Below, one piece after another: positions 25,550 to 36,957 of a stretch of DNA of 64,000 nt. The translations under genes were made by a program, and so were the position numbers. The notes beneath the pieces are model-generated. The model worked only from the letters and a program-made list of their open reading frames with translations, ran no database searches and was not told the origin of the DNA. This DNA is from Macrostomum lignano (Eukaryota). The DNA is taken from assembly GCA_002269645.1 (NCBI GenBank), contig NIVC01002067.1, forward strand, positions 124,001-188,000, in the 5' to 3' direction. Every line of letters starts with the position of its first letter. Position 1 is the first letter of the stretch.

Positions 25550-26310
25550 CAGTTCCGGGTGAATTCTGGGTGAGGGAACCGGATCTGCAGCCGAATCCGG
25601 ATGAATTCTGGGTGAGGGAACCGGATCTGCAGCCGAATCCGGATGAATTCTGGGTGAGGGAACCGGATCTGTAGCCGAATCTGGGTGAATTCTGGGTGAG
25701 GGAACCGGATCTGCAGCCGAATCCGGGTGAATTCTGGGTGAGGGAACCGGATCTGCAGCCGAATCCGAATGAATTCTGGGTGAGGGAACCGGATCTGCGG
25801 CCGAATCCGGCCGGTGAATTCTGGGTGAGGGAACCGGATCTGCAGCCGAATCCGGGTGAATTCTGGGTGAGGGAACCGGATCTGCGGCCGAATCCGAATG
25901 AATTCTGGATGAGGAACCGGATCTGCGGCCGAATCCGAATGAATTCTGGATGAGGAACCGGATCTGCGGCCGAATCCGAATGAATTCTGGATGAGGGAAC
26001 CGGATCTGCGGCCGAATCCGAATGAATTCTGGGTGAGGGAACCGGATCTGCGGCCGAATCCGGCCGGTGAATTCTGGGTGAGGGAACCGGATCTGCGGCC
26101 GAATCCGAATGAATTCTGGATGAGGAACCGGATCTGCGGCCGAATCCGAATGAATTCTGGATGAGGAACCGGATCTGCGGCCGAATCCGAATGAATTCTG
26201 GATGAGGGAACCGGATCTGTAGCCGAATCCGAATGAATTCTGGATGAGGGAACCGGATCTGTAGCCGAATCCGAATGAATTCTGGATGAGGGAACCGGAT
26301 CTGCGGCGGA
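25550..26310. repeat. 41-45 bp minisatellite, about 18 copies
   Basis: Unit gaattctgggtgagggaaccggatctgcggccgaatccgaat. Confidence 0.93.
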
Positions 26311-27765
26311 ATCCCGTGCTCAACAGGGTAGCGTAAAATTAAAAATAAAGGACGGGTTCATACTTTTAATTCCACAACTACGAATTGAATCGAATTCGAT
26401 TTAGCCGTCTTCAAAGAGAAATATTAAATTCAGTTGTACGTATACAGAACTGTAAAATATTTCACTTTCCGAAACACAAAATGCTATCATATCAATACGC
26501 TTTTCTGACCTTCTCAATGGCACTCAATGTCAGTCCATCTATATAAGCAGGTCTAATAATTGATGCTACACTGGATTGGCGATCTGCTCCGACCGGGTGC
26601 TAAGTCGCTGGTCTGACCTGCTGGGCCCTGACGCGAATCCGACGGCAACTGACGCGTGAATCAGACGTTGGAAAGATTGGGTCACGGGCGCGAACAACGA
26701 TTAATCAGACCACTGATGGGGGCTTGCATTATATTCCGGCGCAATGAAATTACTCATCATTATAAGGTTGAATTAAATGGCGATGGAAGGCAGTTTCTCA
26801 AAAATACACAGTTATAAAGCAGACAGTAATGTACATGTGCATACACATTTGATTGTCCAGCTCTAACAGACAGTGACGGTACGCCGACAGGCATTGAACA
26901 TAGGACGACGGCTCGCTAGTGAATTATCAACGGCGTCATCAACTGTGTCGTTCGAAGCGTAGTCGCCCTATGTCGCCCTAAAATATGGATAAGGGGAAGG
27001 GAATTTACTTAAAAACGATACCCTCCTCTTTTGTCAACCGTGCTTGAGACCGACTTGGTGGTTACCCCTCTTGTAGTCTGTATCGGCTACTCTGATCTGA
27101 TCTGGGACTTGATCAAGGCTTTATATTTTTACCCCTCGACATGATTCCGACCCTCGATCGTAGTCAGTACACTGTTGCGACTACTCTCTACTTGATCGAG
27201 AATTTATTATCTCTCGACATGATTACCGACCTGATCGTAGTCTGTATCGATTACTCTGATCTTAGACTTGATCTGCTCACGGCTGGTGCAACAGCAACTG
27301 CAATTTGGAATTGAATTTCTGTTCGAATTCTTAAAGTAAAGGAAGTGATTTTATACTAATGCTCATGACCTTTGATAGAAAAAATGCGTTAGGTTGAAAT
27401 AAATTGGATATCGCTCGCGTGAACTTCGAAAATGAGAACATTTCTTGGAAAACAAGTTTGGATAACGCGCAGGATATGGATAAAACAAACTCCCTTGAAA
27501 ATGAAGGTACTGTAATATTGTACTAAAATAATTAAAAGATTATATACCGGTACATGTACAATTGTTTCTTCTGAGTTGTCGCCGATTTCGCTTTGCCGAA
27601 TTATTTGTTTGTCGCCGATCAAATATACCAGTCAGCACCCGTTGAGTATTGACACATCGACATACATGTACATGTATTGTGCAACTATAGGCCTAAACTA
27701 CCAGGAGATGAGATTCATATCGTTTCTTGTTCTCGAGTTTCCTTCTCGTCCCCCGTGAGACGTAC

Positions 27766-28480
27766 TGTTGTGTATGGACTTTTGGTTTAGCAAATGCACT
27801 AATGCTTCCCTTCTTTTGTCTATAGTCTAGGGTACAATCTTTTATTTCTTTAAGAGCCGAAGGCTAACAGTATTACAAAGGGCAGGCAAGACGTGCGCCG
27901 GCTAGAGGCAAATAAAGCTTGTGAACAGCTCGTATTTTAAATAATGCTTCTTCGACTTGACTTTGATGTCAGATGGTAGCCTGGAGGCAATAGTCGGTAT
28001 AGAAGCAGAAGAAGAGGACATAACAATGGCGACGAGTGTAAAAATCGGAGAGTTCGACGTGGCTAAACCGGAGCAATGGGAAGCTTATGAAGAACGACTC
28101 AAGCAGTTTCTCGTCGTAAACAAAGTGACCGAGGAGGCACATAAGCGAGCAAATCTGATTACAGTGATTGGTAATGACTGCTATCAATTGCTCCGCAACC
28201 TGCTGTCACCAAAGAAGCCCAAGGATGTGAACTTCGACGATCAAGTCAAGGCCCTGAGGGAGCATTTTAACCCAAGGCCTAAGATCGTTGTCAAGAGATT
28301 CAACTTCCACAGCAGAGCCCAACATGAAGGAGAAAATGTGAGCGATTTCATCGCAAGTCTGCGGAAGTTGGCTGCCACGTGTGGTTTTAATGAATTCTTG
28401 GACGAGGCACTGAGAGACAGGTTCGTTGTCGGCCTAAGGAATCGCCTGACACAGCAGCGTCTGTTGCAAGAAGACACACT
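27766..28480 (+). mobile_element. gag: Truncated Gypsy (Mag-like) element: 260-bp 5' LTR (27766-28025), PBS and partial gag
   Basis: TGTTG...ATAACA LTR with AATAAA; PBS TGGCGACGAG at 28027; ATG 28026 opens MATSVKIGEFDVAKPEQWEAYEERLKQF...LRDRFVVGL...QRLLQE, homologous to the gag at 61201; homology ends at about 28480. Confidence 0.88.
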
Positions 28481-28667
28481 GACGAGACGTATACGAGACG
28501 AGACGAGACGTACAGTGCGGACGATCTTTAAAAGAATGGGCAAGGACTTCTCAAGTAGACTACTTAAGATGTTTTTGAGAATGTGTCACGGTAGAGACGC
28601 TTGGCCCGGATACATATATACACTGTAGATCTCTTTTAGCCAATTATAAGTCTAACGCAAATATATA

Positions 28668-30278
28668 TGTAACCCGTCTGAAAAGACCAGAAGCTTTCTA
28701 AAGCAGATGCGCAAAATGTTTTGACAATTCGAATTGATGGGTTTCGGCTTTTTCGGCCCCTTTCGGGAAGCCTTCGGGCCTCAGGTCTCAGAAATGAATC
28801 ACTTAGAACTCTGTCTGAACTCTGAACTCTGTCTGAACTCCTGTCAGATGGTCAGTCCCGAGGTAGCAAGATTGTGGGCGAGCAGCTAGGTCCTATAGCT
28901 AAGAGAAGACAGCGAGAGACAAGCAGGGGGAATTTGAAAGGTAGAGATTAGCTAATCCGCAGATTAACTAACCCGCTGCCACCAGTCCGTGCGCCCCGGC
29001 TCACCAAACCGGAGCTGTCGAAATCGGACTTCCGACTAGAGGGGCACTGCACTTACCTGCCATCTAGTGTATTTTAGCTGTCTATCTCGAAGTCATAGCC
29101 GAATAGAAGGACACTGCTGGGACTAAGATCGCATTGGCCATGCAGGGACTTTTGCAGGGGGTTCTTGCGCTGGCGAGCCTTAATTATACACTACTAAATG
29201 TACTATTTCATTACCGAATTCCCAGAAGTACATGTACAAGTACACGTAACTGCACACCTTTGGCACTAAATGTGTTAACACGTCGACAGATAGCGATGAT
29301 GTAGATGCATTGTTACTTTTGGAGACCGTTAGACTAACATTTATCTCGTTTTAGCCGCTTAGCTGCCTGAGACCTCGCGAAAGCGCCAGTCTTTCACTGA
29401 GTTTGCATGCTTATCATGATTGCTTAGATCGACTGATTGACTGGGAACTGTGCCGCTTCCGGTCCACTGTGACCTCTGCCCCTAGATCTAGCCGCTCATC
29501 TCAGCTGGCATTGCGAAAAAGAATGAAAACGCCAAGTCTTTAACTTCCAGATTTAACTTTCTCACTTAATTCACAATCCTAAACGCCTTAGATTGAGTCA
29601 GAGCTAATGGCTACTTTTAGTATTAAATGACACTTCTGCCTCGAGTTTGGCACATAAAAAGCAAGTAAGCAAAAGTGCAAATCCTATCAGACTACCTAGG
29701 AAGGGGTCAGACAAAGGGCGCACCCAGTTAAGCAGGTCAAGATAGCCTCTCACCAAACCAATCAGAGGACCTAACTGCCGGTAGCCAAGGGATCCGCAGA
29801 GACCGAAGCGCTCGGATGGGATGCTGCTGCTGATCTTAACTGACGAGTGTCGCCGGCACTCTTCACTTGCCGGTTGTCGTTGCTGCTCTTAGATCACTGC
29901 CGAAAGATATCGATGATGCTTCTCAGGGGGAACTTAGCTGCTGAAGCCGAAACTGCCGGGGCAAGGTGGACCAGACGTCGAAGACGCAGCAGATGCCGAA
30001 GGGGCCGTCTAAGACGGGGTTAGGACCGTGCAAGAAGGGAGGTCCCACCTGGCTTTTTCGAGCGCGGGTCGAGTTGCCGCCTTATATAGCTCTCATGCGG
30101 CCGATTTGTTATAACGCGCGCCGAATTTTCTGATTGGCTGAGAGCTTTTGTTAATAAAATAGGCGCTGAATTTTCCGATTGGACGAGCCGGGGGCAGTCA
30201 GGTCGTCTCTGATTGGCTGAGCTCAGGACTCCAAAACCCACCCCACCAGGTGGCCTTCAGACCCCAGGGAAGTTGACA
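28668..30278 (-). mobile_element. LTR-like promoter-bearing fragment; boundaries uncertain
   Basis: TGTAAC start at 28668; on the minus strand three CCAAT boxes (30133, 30178, 30212) then TATATAAG (30081-30088) and a GC-rich leader like that of the 22964 element. No TSD found. Confidence 0.4.
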
Positions 30279-31198
30279 GGTGCGGTCATAAATCATGTGC
30301 AAAGCATTATAAAAGTAATTTGTCTAGACATCCTGGCGCCAAAAGTGACTGCAAAACGCCCATAAATCAAAGGAGAAGTAACAACAGAGCGAGTGGGGAG
30401 AAAGCTGGAAAGACCTCTTTGACCCAGACAGTCTGACGTTCAAAGGTGCGTAAACAACCCAAAATTAGAATCCTAAGGGAAGTACATTGAGTATCTAACA
30501 CAATTAATAATAATGTCATAAGTTAGTATAGAACCCAGCCTAGATGAGAGGACTTAGGAGAGAAAGTCCTAAGCTAACCTACTGACAGTAGTGGAAAAAG
30601 CGCATCGAAGCAAAATGTGCGGTTTTAAGACTGAAAAAAGATGCGTCCTCATCAATAACTACAAGTATGGCAGATTAATTATAAAGCTACAGAGAAGTCC
30701 TACTAGTATGAATTCAAGAAAAATCACAAAATTAAAGAGGGAGAAAAACGCCCATAGCCTGCTGCTAGTAGGCTAGCAAGTTTGGAACCCATGTGCGAGC
30801 GTGAAATTTGGAAAAAAGTGCGTCCTCATCAGAATCATAATTTTTATTTTGGTACTCCAAATTTACAAGTAACAAACTTACTAAAATTCAAAAACTTTTT
30901 TATTCTGTAAAAGTGAAACAAATGTAACTAGTTTTAAGGCGAATGGATCAAGTAAAACAGCGTGTGCAAATTTTTTACAAATATTGCTTAAGTGCTTAAT
31001 CAATAAAAAAGCTAACAGCTACATAAAAATTGCTACCCATAGTGACCAAAATCACGCCACGAAAATGCCGTGGCCCAATTGTCTTGACTCTTAATAATCA
31101 CTGAGTCATTGACTAAACGAAGAAAAAAATTTAATAGGTTGAAGGTTCTCCTTAGTTCTTTAAATTCTAAAATATAACATTGACAGTGATTAACGAAG

Positions 31199-32829
31199 AT
31201 GAAGATAAACTTCTGTATCGGTGTTTGCTTTTTCATTTCCATCATTTCCTTGCAGTGTAAGTTCTTAATTTTCTATTCACATGACACATGACAATAACTT
31301 AAGTAGGCATAAGTACTGAAACTGTAGTAGTATCTGGTATGTGTATTCCATATAGGCAAATATTTAAACATATACTTTCCCCCCTTTTATTGACTTTCTG
31401 GACTGTCTAGGCTTACCATATAGATAGACCAGAGGATGTTTTACATGACAAGGTGACTTTCAAAATGGTCCTAATCTGAAAAAGTAGGGCCTATAACAGA
31501 GGGCAGAGGCACTGTATCACAGTATCAAATAAACAAATTTCCTAAACATAGGATTAGGGCATTAGGGTAGGATGCAGTGGTGGGTTTCCATGATTTTTTG
31601 TGCCTATGCTTTTTGGTACCTAGCATTTTGGTATCTCAGATTTTTGTTTGGCTAGGTCTACTCATCATATGCATGGTACCAAATAAATAGTACTAGAATA
31701 AACACTATTTGTGTGTATCAATTTTCCACTATAAATAGTATTGCTGTCACCAAACCAAACCATAGCACCTGCAGCATTAATTAAAATGAGAGCCTGTGAT
31801 GCCAAAATGAGTGCCTATGGTGCTCACTTGAGTGCCTGCAGTGCCAAAATGAGTGCCTGCAGCACTAAAATGAGTGCTGACAATACCAATTTTGAAAATA
31901 ATGTATATGTAGGAATTTATTCATGTATACATACGTGTATAATAGTTGTCTTTGTCCCCCCTACCAAAAATCCATGGCAATGCCCCTGAATTTAAATAAA
32001 AATATCCAATAAAAAATTAATACATAATCCTTACTTTCTGAACAAAAAGCTTTATAAATAATAATAGAACTATAAAAAAGGCAAAACATATCAAAATTTG
32101 AACACTGGCTCTGCCTCTCATCAAAAGCAATAACAATTTTAATATGAAAAAAGTTCTTATCTCCATAGTGTATCTTTGGTGAAAATCAGCCACTTTAATA
32201 TTTTCTGAGAAATGTAGTTTCCCCTCCTTTTACTTGAGTAGTCCTTGGGGTTTATATTGTTAATATTTGATTATTATTTAATTAAAATTGTGCACAACAA
32301 ATATTCATTTTATCATTAAAAATCAATTTTAGGCTTGGCTAATCCAGTGTTTCTTAGCACAACTACAGAAACAACTGCAGTGCCATCTACAACTACTGTT
32401 GGTACTAATAGTAGTACCACTGGTGCTACTGAGACTACAGGTACTACCAGTGTCACTGGCACAACTGGAGTCACTGGCACAACTGGAGTCACTGGCACAA
32501 CTGGAGTCACTGGCTCTACTAATGCTACTACTGAAACTACCAATAGTACTACTGTTGGGCCAAGCTCTACTACTAATGACAACTCAACTATTACTACTAG
32601 CAGTAGTATTAGTAGTAGCACAGGTAAATCTAGCACCACCAAGGCTCCAAGCCATTCCACTCCTGGAGATGCTACAACATCAGCCGGTGGCCAGAATGCT
32701 GGCGGTCGTTTCGATGCCGGCTCATTCTTTGGCGGCATTGTGCTTGGCCTGGTCTTAGTTGCTATCGGCATGTTTGCCTACAGGATCTATAAGAATCGTT
32801 CTGGCCGAACCAACTACAGTCAGATGTGA
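31199..32829 (+). CDS. CD164/porimin-like sialomucin, 2 exons (31199-31256, 32333-32829), 184 aa
   Basis: Signal peptide exon MKINFCIGVCFFISIISLQ with phase-1 GTAAGT donor joins the ttttag acceptor in frame (C-LANPVF). Thr/Ser-rich ectodomain, FDAGSFFGGIVLG TM motif and NYSQM C-terminus match the CD164 family (FDAASFIGGIVL...NYHTL). Confidence 0.9.
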
Positions 32830-33059
32830 TGGAGCTCGATTGAGATTCTATGCGTAAAATCGATTGATTTCATTGTGGTGTGAGCGAACGATTATAACTC
32901 ACCTTTTTTTAAACCAAAAATTGTTTACAAATAAGCTTGCCTTCACAAATTTTAATTTTTTCACTTTTCATCCTTGTAGTAAACACTACAGTTGCAAATG
33001 CTGCATTATTACTGTTAGTAGAACACATGGTGTATTTTTGAAACATTTTATAATCTTTC

Positions 33060-33870
33060 TGATACTTCAGGTAGTGTCACAATCCTCGCAGATACTTCAA
33101 TGGGTGGTCACAACCCTACATTCCTGACACTTCAGATAGTGTCACAACCCTGCATTCCTGACACTTCAGGTAGTGTCAAGATCCTGCATTCCTAATACTT
33201 CAGGTTGTGTCACAACCCTACATTCCTGGTACTTCAGGTAGTGTCACAACCCTACATTCCTTATACTTCCGGTAGTGTCACAACCCTACATTCCTGGCAC
33301 TTCAGGTAGTGTCACAACCCTACATTCCTGGCACTTCAGGTAGTGTCACAACCCTACATTCCTTATACTTCCGGTAGTGTCACAACCCTACATTCCTGAT
33401 ACTTCAGGTAGTGTCACAACCCTACATTCCTGATACTTCAGGTAGTGTCACAACCCTACATTCCTGATACTTCCGGTAGTGTCACAACCCTACATTCCTT
33501 ATACTTCAGGTAGTGCCACAACCCTGCATTCCTGATACTCCAGATATTGTCAAGATCCTGTATTCCTGATACTTCAGGTAGTGTCACAACCCTACATTCC
33601 TGATACTTCAGGTAGTGTCACAACCCTGCAATTCCTGATACTTCAGATATTGTCAAGATCCTGCATTCCTGATACTTCAGGTAGTGTCACAACCCTACAT
33701 TCCTGATACTTCAGGTAGTGTCACAACCCTGCAATTCCTGATACTTCAGGTAGTGTCACAACCTTACATTCCCGATACTTCAGGTAGTGTCAAAACCCTA
33801 TACTTCCAATGTTTCAGGTAGTGTCACAACCCTATACTCCCAATGTTTCAGGTAGTGTCGCAATCACACT
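33060..33870. repeat. 34-bp minisatellite, about 24 copies
   Basis: Unit gatacttcaggtagtgtcacaaccctacattcct. Confidence 0.93.
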
Positions 33871-34555
33871 ACCCTGATCCTTCAGCTGAGCGCCGTATTT
33901 CTTCGTGAAAATGTCTTCTTTGAATGAATGATTGTCTTCCCATTTTTCTGTTTATCTTGTTTATTTTTCAATACCAATTTATTCGAGGTCTAGAATTATA
34001 TATTTATTCCAGCGCTGCTCAATACTACTATTTTACAATATTATAATATATATATATAAAAGTGCTCTAAAACGAATTAATGGCTTCAGTTTATTGTGTT
34101 TTCAAAAGTTCTATTGACTGTCTTTATCAAATAATCACAACTGCACAGCTTTATTCCAGGTCGAAGTTTATATAGTTATGGTCTACAATCATATCAATAG
34201 CTTTAATTGCGGCTTTAATTGTGTTCTTCCCGCCTTATAAAAATTGTTTTGATTAATTTTATTGCGTTGATTGATATAGTGAATCTCATCTATATTTATT
34301 GGCCATGTATCAGCTGTGAAGGCTTTAATCATTAGTAGTAGTTATTAAGCTAACTTATATTATTTTGCTGACAATATATCGCCAATGTTTACTCCGCCAA
34401 GCTGGACTTTTTGGTATCTTAAGATCGCGTTTATGATTGTTTGGGTTCATTATTACCATAATATGCATGCACTGTGCACTGCGTTGGTCTTCTGGTCTTT
34501 CGTTTTTTTACAAGTCCCCCGGCCGGATCCTCAGTTGCTGGGCCAGACTCCCAGA

Positions 34556-36102
34556 TAGGGGGCGACCCAGTCCCGGGCCTGGGCCCGAAAAGTCGGGAAT
34601 CCCGACCAAAATCGTGGCCCGACCCGGGCCCGGGCCCGACCCTAAAAAAGTCGGGAAATCGGGACAAGTCTTTTTTCCCTAAAGGCACTAACCGCGTGCG
34701 AATAAGAATAAAATTATTTTTATTCACAGCACAGCACAACACTCAGTTAAGCATCGCATCAGCACTCAAGACTCAAGCACTGCACGACTGCAGTAATAGT
34801 AATAGATGATATGATGTGAAGTAGCAATATCATTGATTTGTAGTATGCTCTTAGCGTGAGCGTCTGTGACTGTGACCGTGAGCGTCAGCCACAGCCAGTT
34901 TCCACTTTCCAGGAAGATCGGATTTTTTCCAGGAAGATAAAATTAAAACATAGTTTTGCAATACTTTTTGCAATATTGATTACACTTTACACGCTGCAGG
35001 CTGCAGCCTAAAAGCAAAAATATGATTCTTAAAAAAGTTGATTTGTCAATTTTAAGCTTTTGTAAATAACATTTCCTATTTACGTTCCAAGAAGTACCTA
35101 TTAAGGGCCAAGGCTACCATTTTTCCAAGAAGTTTGCTATCTGTCAGAGTTTGTAATCGTGTTCATATTTGTATTGTATTCGTAGGTAGTTGTAGTCGTA
35201 GACTCATAGTATCATATTCGTAATCATATTCGTTTAGGTAGGTAGGTGAGCAGGTAGGCAGGTATCAGCTAATTACTTGTATTTCCATTGTCTGTTTGCC
35301 TGTTCTGTTGAGACAGTTGAGTGTTGTGTTGTGTTGTCACTTCACTTGTGTTCTGTTCTGTTGTCTTGTCTTGTTGTCTTATTGAATACTGACTGTGTAC
35401 ATGGCTCTTTACATTGAAGCTATGTAAAGGAACTAAAAATTCAAATAAAAGAATCAATCAATTGATTTGGTTCTTACTTCCTTATTGCTTCCAATGCCAA
35501 GTGCCTTACACTTAATGCTTCAGCTTTTCTTCTTTTTGCTTACTGCCACTGCCAGTGCCAGCCGCACTACCGCAGTGCCTGCTTGCCTACCTCACTGCCT
35601 ATTAGTGTCACTGTCACTGGCACACACACAGTACTTGTGCCACACAGTGACATTGAATTTGAACTATTGGGTATATTGATATTTGAGTATTAAGTCTTTT
35701 AATGTAACTCTTATCTATTCTGAAGTCTTAACTAATGTATTAAATAAAAATAATATTTATTATATTATATATTTAATATATATTTAATTTAATATATTAT
35801 ATTTATTATATTTATATATTATTATATATTCAATATATTTATATATTATAATATATTTAATGTTTATCATATATTTATTATACATCTAAAATATATTATA
35901 AGATTTAATATATCTATATATTTATTATATATTTAATAGTAATCCGCATATGCTAAAAGTATTAAGATTTATTATGATTTTTTTTCCAATTATTGAGCTG
36001 TCCTAAAGATCTTGTCCCGAATTCCCGAGGCCCGACCCGGGCCCGAGTCCTCATTCCCGGGCCCGACCCGGGCCCGACTTTGGCTGTCCCGGTCGCCCCC
36101 TA
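34556..36102. mobile_element. Non-autonomous hAT-type DNA transposon, 1,547 bp
   Basis: TIR TAGGGGGCGACC...GGTCGCCCCCTA; 8-bp TSD CTCCCAGA (34548-34555, 36103-36110); subterminal GGGCCCGACCCGGGCCCG repeats at both ends; no transposase ORF. Confidence 0.9.
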
Positions 36103-36595
36103 CTCCCAGATCCTCGTTGCTGTGCTAGCCTCCCAGATCCTCAGTTGCTGGGCCAGCCTCCCAGATCCTCAGTTGCTGGGCCAGCCTACCAGATCCTCAG
36201 TTGCTAGGCCAGCCTCCCAGATCCTCAGTTGCTAGGCCAGCCTCCCAGATCGTCAGTTGCTAGGCCAGCCTCCCAGATCCTCAGTTGCTAGGCCAGCCTC
36301 CCAGATCCTCAGTTGCTGGGCCAGCCTCCCAGAGTGTCAGTTGCTGGGCCAGCCTCCCAGATCCTCAGTTGCTGGGCCAGACTCCCAGATCCTCGTTGCT
36401 GTGCTAGCCTCCCAGATCCTCAGTTGCTGGGCCAGCCTCCCAGATCCTCATTTGCTGGGCCAGCCTCCCAGATCCTCAGTTGCTGGGTCAGCCTCCCAGA
36501 TCCTCAGTTGCTGGGCCAGCCTCCCAGATCTTCAGTTGCTGGGCCAGCCTCCCAGATCTTCAGTTGCTGGGCCACCAGCCTCCCAGATCCTCAGT
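36103..36595. repeat. 28-bp minisatellite; first unit at 34525-34555 separated by the hAT insertion
   Basis: Unit cctcccagatcctcagttgctgggccag. Confidence 0.93.
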
Positions 36596-36957
36596 TTGCG
36601 TTGCACGAAAATCTCATTAATAGCTAAGAACTGAAAAACACTCTTGTGTTTTTATATTTAGCTTTTTTAATCAAGTTTTTAATAACAGTTAATAAAAAAT
36701 TCAGAAAACAAACAAGCATTCTGTCTAGAGCGACAGACCTGTACATCTTTCATGTACATATTGATTCCTGTCTTGGTTATTATGAAATAACTTAGCGCGT
36801 GTAACGAAACTACGAATATGTTTATATTGACATCATAGGCCTAAATTCGTTATTGATACCGCGTACAGCTAAAGCAGATGCACGCTGTCTATTCCAGTGA
36901 GTTTTGTGCACAATCGATGCGTGCAGTACATATACTTTATTGGGCAGGATTAATAAA

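Noticed and set aside
31575-31990. Possible hAT-like ends (CAGTGGTGGGTTTCCATG / CCATGGCAATGCCCCTG)
   Set aside because: Only partial complementarity and no TSD.
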